Origin: a virus
Taxonomy: Duplodnaviria; Caudoviricetes
Direction: 5' to 3' (one strand)
DNA: 46,273 nucleotides
Virus record (IMG/VR): IMGVR_UViG_3300030037_000009
Coordinates: 1-46,273 of that record
Made by a program: the position numbers and the translations under genes
Shown here: positions 42,962-46,273 of the stretch, piece after piece
Layout: every line of letters begins with the position of its first letter
Position numbering within the stretch: the stretch's first letter is position 1
The notes under the pieces: generated by a model
The model's database searches: none
What the model was told of the DNA's origin: nothing
What the model saw: the letters and a program-made list of their open reading frames with translations, nothing else

Positions 42962-43404
42962 TATCTAAACACGCCACCAGCACGACGAAATGAGCGTTTC
43001 TCTGTAGCAGACCCGCCTATATAAAACCCGCCTCTGGTGTTTGCCTGCAATATGGTTCTAATCAATTGACCGTGTGGCGTTGTCTGGAACCACAATTGCA
43101 AGCCCGTAGACGCAACCGGGGGCGTTGCTGTGACGCTTACCTTGTCAACGCTTGCCCCTTGAATGTTAACGACGTTCTGACCCATAGCAATCATGGAATC
43201 AATTTCCAGTAAATGAGCAACGAATAAATCAAGCACACATTCACGCTGTCTTTCGTTTAATACAAAACCGTCGTCGTCATCGCTAACAACGCACGTTGCA
43301 ACAACCCATTTCATTTGTAGAACGGCGGACGGGTATAACGTCTCGTTAGCAAACGCTGGTATTGATGCCCGTAATCTGGATGCGTTGAAAGCGATTTTTG
43401 CCAT
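42961..43404 (-). CDS. Head-tail adaptor (DUF4054 type)
   Basis: PAFAN..YP, LFVAHL, ASVDKVSV, WFQTTPHGQ. Confidence 0.85.
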   Translation of the reverse strand: MAKIAFNASRLRASIPAFANETLYPSAVLQMKWVVATCVVSDDDDGFVLNERQRECVLDLFVAHLLEIDSMIAMGQNVVNIQGASVDKVSVTATPPVASTGLQLWFQTTPHGQLIRTILQANTRGGFYIGGSATEKRSFRRAGGVFR

Positions 43405-43407
43405 GGT

Positions 43408-43806
43408 TTACGCCGTTGCCTGTGTCAATGTAGGTGCTTGCCCTGCCACAAAATCAGAGTCCACTAATGGTGCGCTACCGTCTTTCTTTGCCATGTCTGC
43501 CGCTGCTTGTTCTGGCGTTGCCGGTGCATCCTTCTTGCTGAAAACTTTAATAAATCCAGCTTTAGAATGGCGAATAAACATAGGGATAGTTTCTAAGACT
43601 GCGTATACATCGTCTTCAACATTTGTGCATACGCCTTTCGATGTTTGGAAATGTTCGTTAGCTACACCATGACCGCCCTTGATTAAAATTGTCGCTGGCT
43701 TTCCGTCAATTGTTTCTAGTAGTGCGGGCTCGCCTGGTCGCTGTCCTTTCTTGTGAAGTGAATAGCTCTGGTCGGTTGTTAGTGTAGAAAATACTTGCTT
43801 TGACAT
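43408..43806 (-). CDS. Conserved head-module protein after capsid
   Basis: VFSTL, IKGGHGVA..TSKGV.T, D.SAPL. Confidence 0.75.
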   Translation of the reverse strand: MSKQVFSTLTTDQSYSLHKKGQRPGEPALLETIDGKPATILIKGGHGVANEHFQTSKGVCTNVEDDVYAVLETIPMFIRHSKAGFIKVFSKKDAPATPEQAAADMAKKDGSAPLVDSDFVAGQAPTLTQATA

Positions 43807-43834
43807 TGTTAAAAACTCTCTGGTTAAGGGTTAT

Positions 43835-43863
43835 AAAAAAAGGCGACCAAAGCCGCCCTTTTT
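43835..43863 (-). terminator. Rho-independent terminator after major capsid gene
   Basis: AAAAGGGCGGC-TTTG-GTCGCCTTTTTTT. Confidence 0.85.
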
Positions 43864-43886
43864 AATATTGTAGCACAAATTATAAA

Positions 43887-45035
43887 TTAAATGCCTGACC
43901 CTCGATACACTGCGTAAGGCCGTTTAAGCATAATTCCTGCTGTTGCGTTCGCGTAACTTTCTTCATAGCTCTTTGTCTTCTGATCAACACCCATGCTCTG
44001 AAAGCGTGAGGGTACAACCTGAATAAAGGTGCGCGAATCATCAGAACCGGAATCAGTTACAGACATAGCATATAGGTAGAAAACGTTATCGCCACCGTTT
44101 GCGCTGTCTAATTCAGGAATTGATTCGATTGTAATGTTGGAATAGTTTTCCATTAACCACTGATAAACAGACTTGTGATCTGCATCTGATACAGTGCTTA
44201 AACGGTCAACCGCTGCCGTTGGTAGTGCCAACATTAAAGGCGTTTTCTTAACGTCGATTATGTCACGAGAGCCAACACGCAAAGCAACCAATGCTGTGAG
44301 AATATCTGAAACAATCTCAAGGAAGGTTTTAGTTGCCCATGCAGAACCACCAGACGCGCCGTTAGCCACACTGACGTAAGCAGGCAATGAAGGATCATTC
44401 AAGAATCCATACGTACGGTTTGCGCCGCCGTTGTAGCCATTAAAGCCGATACGGTTACGGTTAATCTCAAGAGCCGTTGCCGCTGCAATACGCTTGCTAT
44501 CTGCACTATTAACGCGCATACGTGCTGCTCGCATTTCTTCCAATCGACCAACTTGCATACCTTCTTCAAAACGAACGATAGAACGACGAATCCAATTGAC
44601 GTTCCAGCTTGCCAATGGTGTATTTGTAAAATCGCCGTATGGGGTAGCTTCGCCCTTATGCTCCATTACGCCCTGTACGATTTCTTCATCTTCGAATGAA
44701 CCTTGCGTAGTAACACCCACAAGGTTATCAATCTTTCGTGCTTGAGTGATAATTTCAACAAAGCCCGGTAACCACTCTTGCAAGAACTGAATCGGAGTAT
44801 TAACAGATCCGGTTGTTAGTGGTGCTGTAAAATTGGCGTCCATTCCGAAAGAAGGTGTGCCACTTTGACCGCTGGCAAAATGTGACATTTGCGCAATGTG
44901 GGATTCATCGAAACAAATACCAATTCTTCGAAGCTCCTGTACTGCTGTTTGACAAAATGCTTCACGCTGATCCATTGCAATAGACATTGCAGCTCGACCG
45001 GCGGGAAGGTGTGATAATTCGTTGCCCATTCTCAT
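43887..45035 (-). CDS. Major capsid protein (DUF2184, PB1/Bcep781-like)
   Basis: MDANFTAP..TPIQFLQEWLPGFV..ARKID; TYGFLNDPSLP; NATAGIMLKRPYAVYR. Confidence 0.95.
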   Translation of the reverse strand: MRMGNELSHLPAGRAAMSIAMDQREAFCQTAVQELRRIGICFDESHIAQMSHFASGQSGTPSFGMDANFTAPLTTGSVNTPIQFLQEWLPGFVEIITQARKIDNLVGVTTQGSFEDEEIVQGVMEHKGEATPYGDFTNTPLASWNVNWIRRSIVRFEEGMQVGRLEEMRAARMRVNSADSKRIAAATALEINRNRIGFNGYNGGANRTYGFLNDPSLPAYVSVANGASGGSAWATKTFLEIVSDILTALVALRVGSRDIIDVKKTPLMLALPTAAVDRLSTVSDADHKSVYQWLMENYSNITIESIPELDSANGGDNVFYLYAMSVTDSGSDDSRTFIQVVPSRFQSMGVDQKTKSYEESYANATAGIMLKRPYAVYRGSGI

Positions 45036-45048
45036 ATTATTTCTACCT

Positions 45049-45561
45049 TTACGCTGTTAGCTGAACTACGCCGATTTGACCAGTTGATGTAATGTTACGT
45101 TGTACTACTTTTGCGCCCGTCAATCTTGCTCTGTCGGTTGCTGGTGTGGAACCTGCCGCAACTGCGTGAAGCTGTCCGGCTGTAGCGCCTGTGGTTGTAT
45201 CATAGTGTACGTCCATGCCAATGTTGGCAGTTGTGGCGAACGTAACGAACACGATACCCATCTGTCCAAAGCTCGCGTCTACTTCGCTAGGAATTGTTAA
45301 CGTAGCTTCAAGAGTGCCAATTGACGTACCAAGGGAGGCGTGTTCTTTAGGATGCATAAGCAGCCCAGCAAGCGCGCCTGTACCACCGGCAACAACGTCT
45401 GTATCTGACGCTGCAACGTGTGAGAATGCACGACTGAATACGTTAGCCGCTGCATTGGTTGATTTGATAACACCTGAAACTTCCCGCTGTGGACCTGCTT
45501 TCGCATATTCACCGGGTAATCCAGTTGATTGATTGTCTTGTACTATTGACTGGAATGTCAT
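45049..45561 (-). CDS. Capsid cement/decoration protein
   Basis: FQSIV..GLPGE..GP.R, GLLMHPK; between DUF2213 and capsid. Confidence 0.8.
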   Translation of the reverse strand: MTFQSIVQDNQSTGLPGEYAKAGPQREVSGVIKSTNAAANVFSRAFSHVAASDTDVVAGGTGALAGLLMHPKEHASLGTSIGTLEATLTIPSEVDASFGQMGIVFVTFATTANIGMDVHYDTTTGATAGQLHAVAAGSTPATDRARLTGAKVVQRNITSTGQIGVVQLTA

Positions 45562-45563
45562 AA

Positions 45564-46273
45564 TTACTTATCCCCGTGAATGAATGAATCTATAGAGCTG
45601 TTGCCAGTTTTAACGCTTTCGTCCTGGGCTACAAATGTTTGTGCGGGTGTTTTACCTATGACCTTTAGGGCTGCGTTTACTGCAACCAGTTCTTGACCTT
45701 CTACCGCATCAAGACCGAGCTTGCCGGAAATATAAACCGCTGCGCTTTTCTCTGTCATAAGCGATTGGTCAAATGTACCGATATGGTGCGCTGCTTGATT
45801 ACACATTGCATCACGTCGTGAAATATCGCCTAACATATTGGTTAGACCGTTGGTTTGCATTTCGTCAATGCTATCGGTTGCTGTTTTTAGCAATCCCTGA
45901 GTATCTGAAAGCTGTGTTTGTAGGCTGGTAATTAAAGCAGAATCCATACCCTTACCTTTTTCTTTGTCCTTGTCGTCGTCTTTATCATCAGCCTTTTTCT
46001 TGGCTTCTTCGTCCATGCCTTCTTTTTTCTTGTCCTTGTCTTCGTCTTCATCCTCAGACATTTTCTCTTTGTCTTTCATTTCGTCCATAGCTTGCATAGA
46101 CGCGCCAATGATAGCCGGTAAAACTGCAATTAGCTGCTTGGTTTCGTCTGACACATTAGCGCCACCTGATTCCATGCCAGAAATAGCCGCATCTGCCGCC
46201 GTTTGCCCAGCTTGTAAAACGCTAGATTTTTGCTTGGCTGCTAGTGCGGCCTTTTCTTGCTTTGTCATGACTA
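45564..46273 (-). CDS. DUF2213 protease/scaffold, 3' (scaffold-like) part
   Basis: In frame with 685..1; charged D/K/E linker, repeated [AG]MD motifs. Confidence 0.88.
   Translation of the reverse strand, partial: VMTKQEKAALAAKQKSSVLQAGQTAADAAISGMESGGANVSDETKQLIAVLPAIIGASMQAMDEMKDKEKMSEDEDEDKDKKKEGMDEEAKKKADDKDDDKDKEKGKGMDSALITSLQTQLSDTQGLLKTATDSIDEMQTNGLTNMLGDISRRDAMCNQAAHHIGTFDQSLMTEKSAAVYISGKLGLDAVEGQELVAVNAALKVIGKTPAQTFVAQDESVKTGNSSIDSFIHGDK
46160..46273. repeat. Terminal overlap, copy 2
   Basis: Identical to 1-114. Confidence 0.97.

Noticed and set aside
43866-43878. Extended -10 (TGCTACAAT) after the capsid stop
   Set aside because: Sits immediately before the terminator in AT-rich DNA; cannot be distinguished from chance
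46160-46273. 114-bp end repeat as a biological direct terminal repeat
   Set aside because: It lies mid-gene and the frame reads through the join, as expected for assembler overlap; real termini need read data
1-46273. Alternative genetic code
   Set aside because: Core genes are full length in the standard code, and TAA, TAG and TGA all end genes

Overview
The window is an apparently complete, circularly assembled genome of a tailed dsDNA phage with a contractile tail. The unit length is about 46,159 bp; bases 1-114 recur exactly at 46160-46273 inside the DUF2213 head gene. The host is probably Gram-negative, likely a gammaproteobacterium (inferred from sigma70 promoters and an outer-membrane barrel gene). 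The virion module on the minus strand follows the PB1/Bcep781/Aaphi23 order: terS, PBSX-type terL, DUF1073 portal, Mu-F-like head protein, DUF2213 protease/scaffold, cement, DUF2184 capsid, neck genes, DUF3383 sheath, DUF3277 tube, frameshifted chaperone, short tape measure, baseplate and fibres. The non-structural half looks lambdoid: initiator with internal repeats, loader-like gene, YqaJ exonuclease, VRR-NUC, YopX, Lar and many small ORFs. I could not recognise an integrase, CI-type repressor, DNA polymerase, tRNA, CRISPR array or reverse transcriptase. Most notable: (1) a 6-kb cassette of two paralogous ~900-aa signal-peptide-less beta-helix/FN3/Ig proteins plus a small partner just upstream of terS; (2) a regulon of four related promoters overlapped by a GTAAAC-N4-GTTTAC palindrome, with a Cro-like gene beside the double site; (3) a ~128-nt structured leader RNA supported by strand-specific G:U pairs; (4) an orphan Phd/YefM-like gene upstream of the initiator, missing from the ORF track; (5) a PagP-like barrel and a Ser-to-Gly degenerate class-3 lipase; (6) an orphan 10-nt complement of the 16S 3' end followed by a terminator. 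All family assignments come from motif recognition by eye, not database searches.
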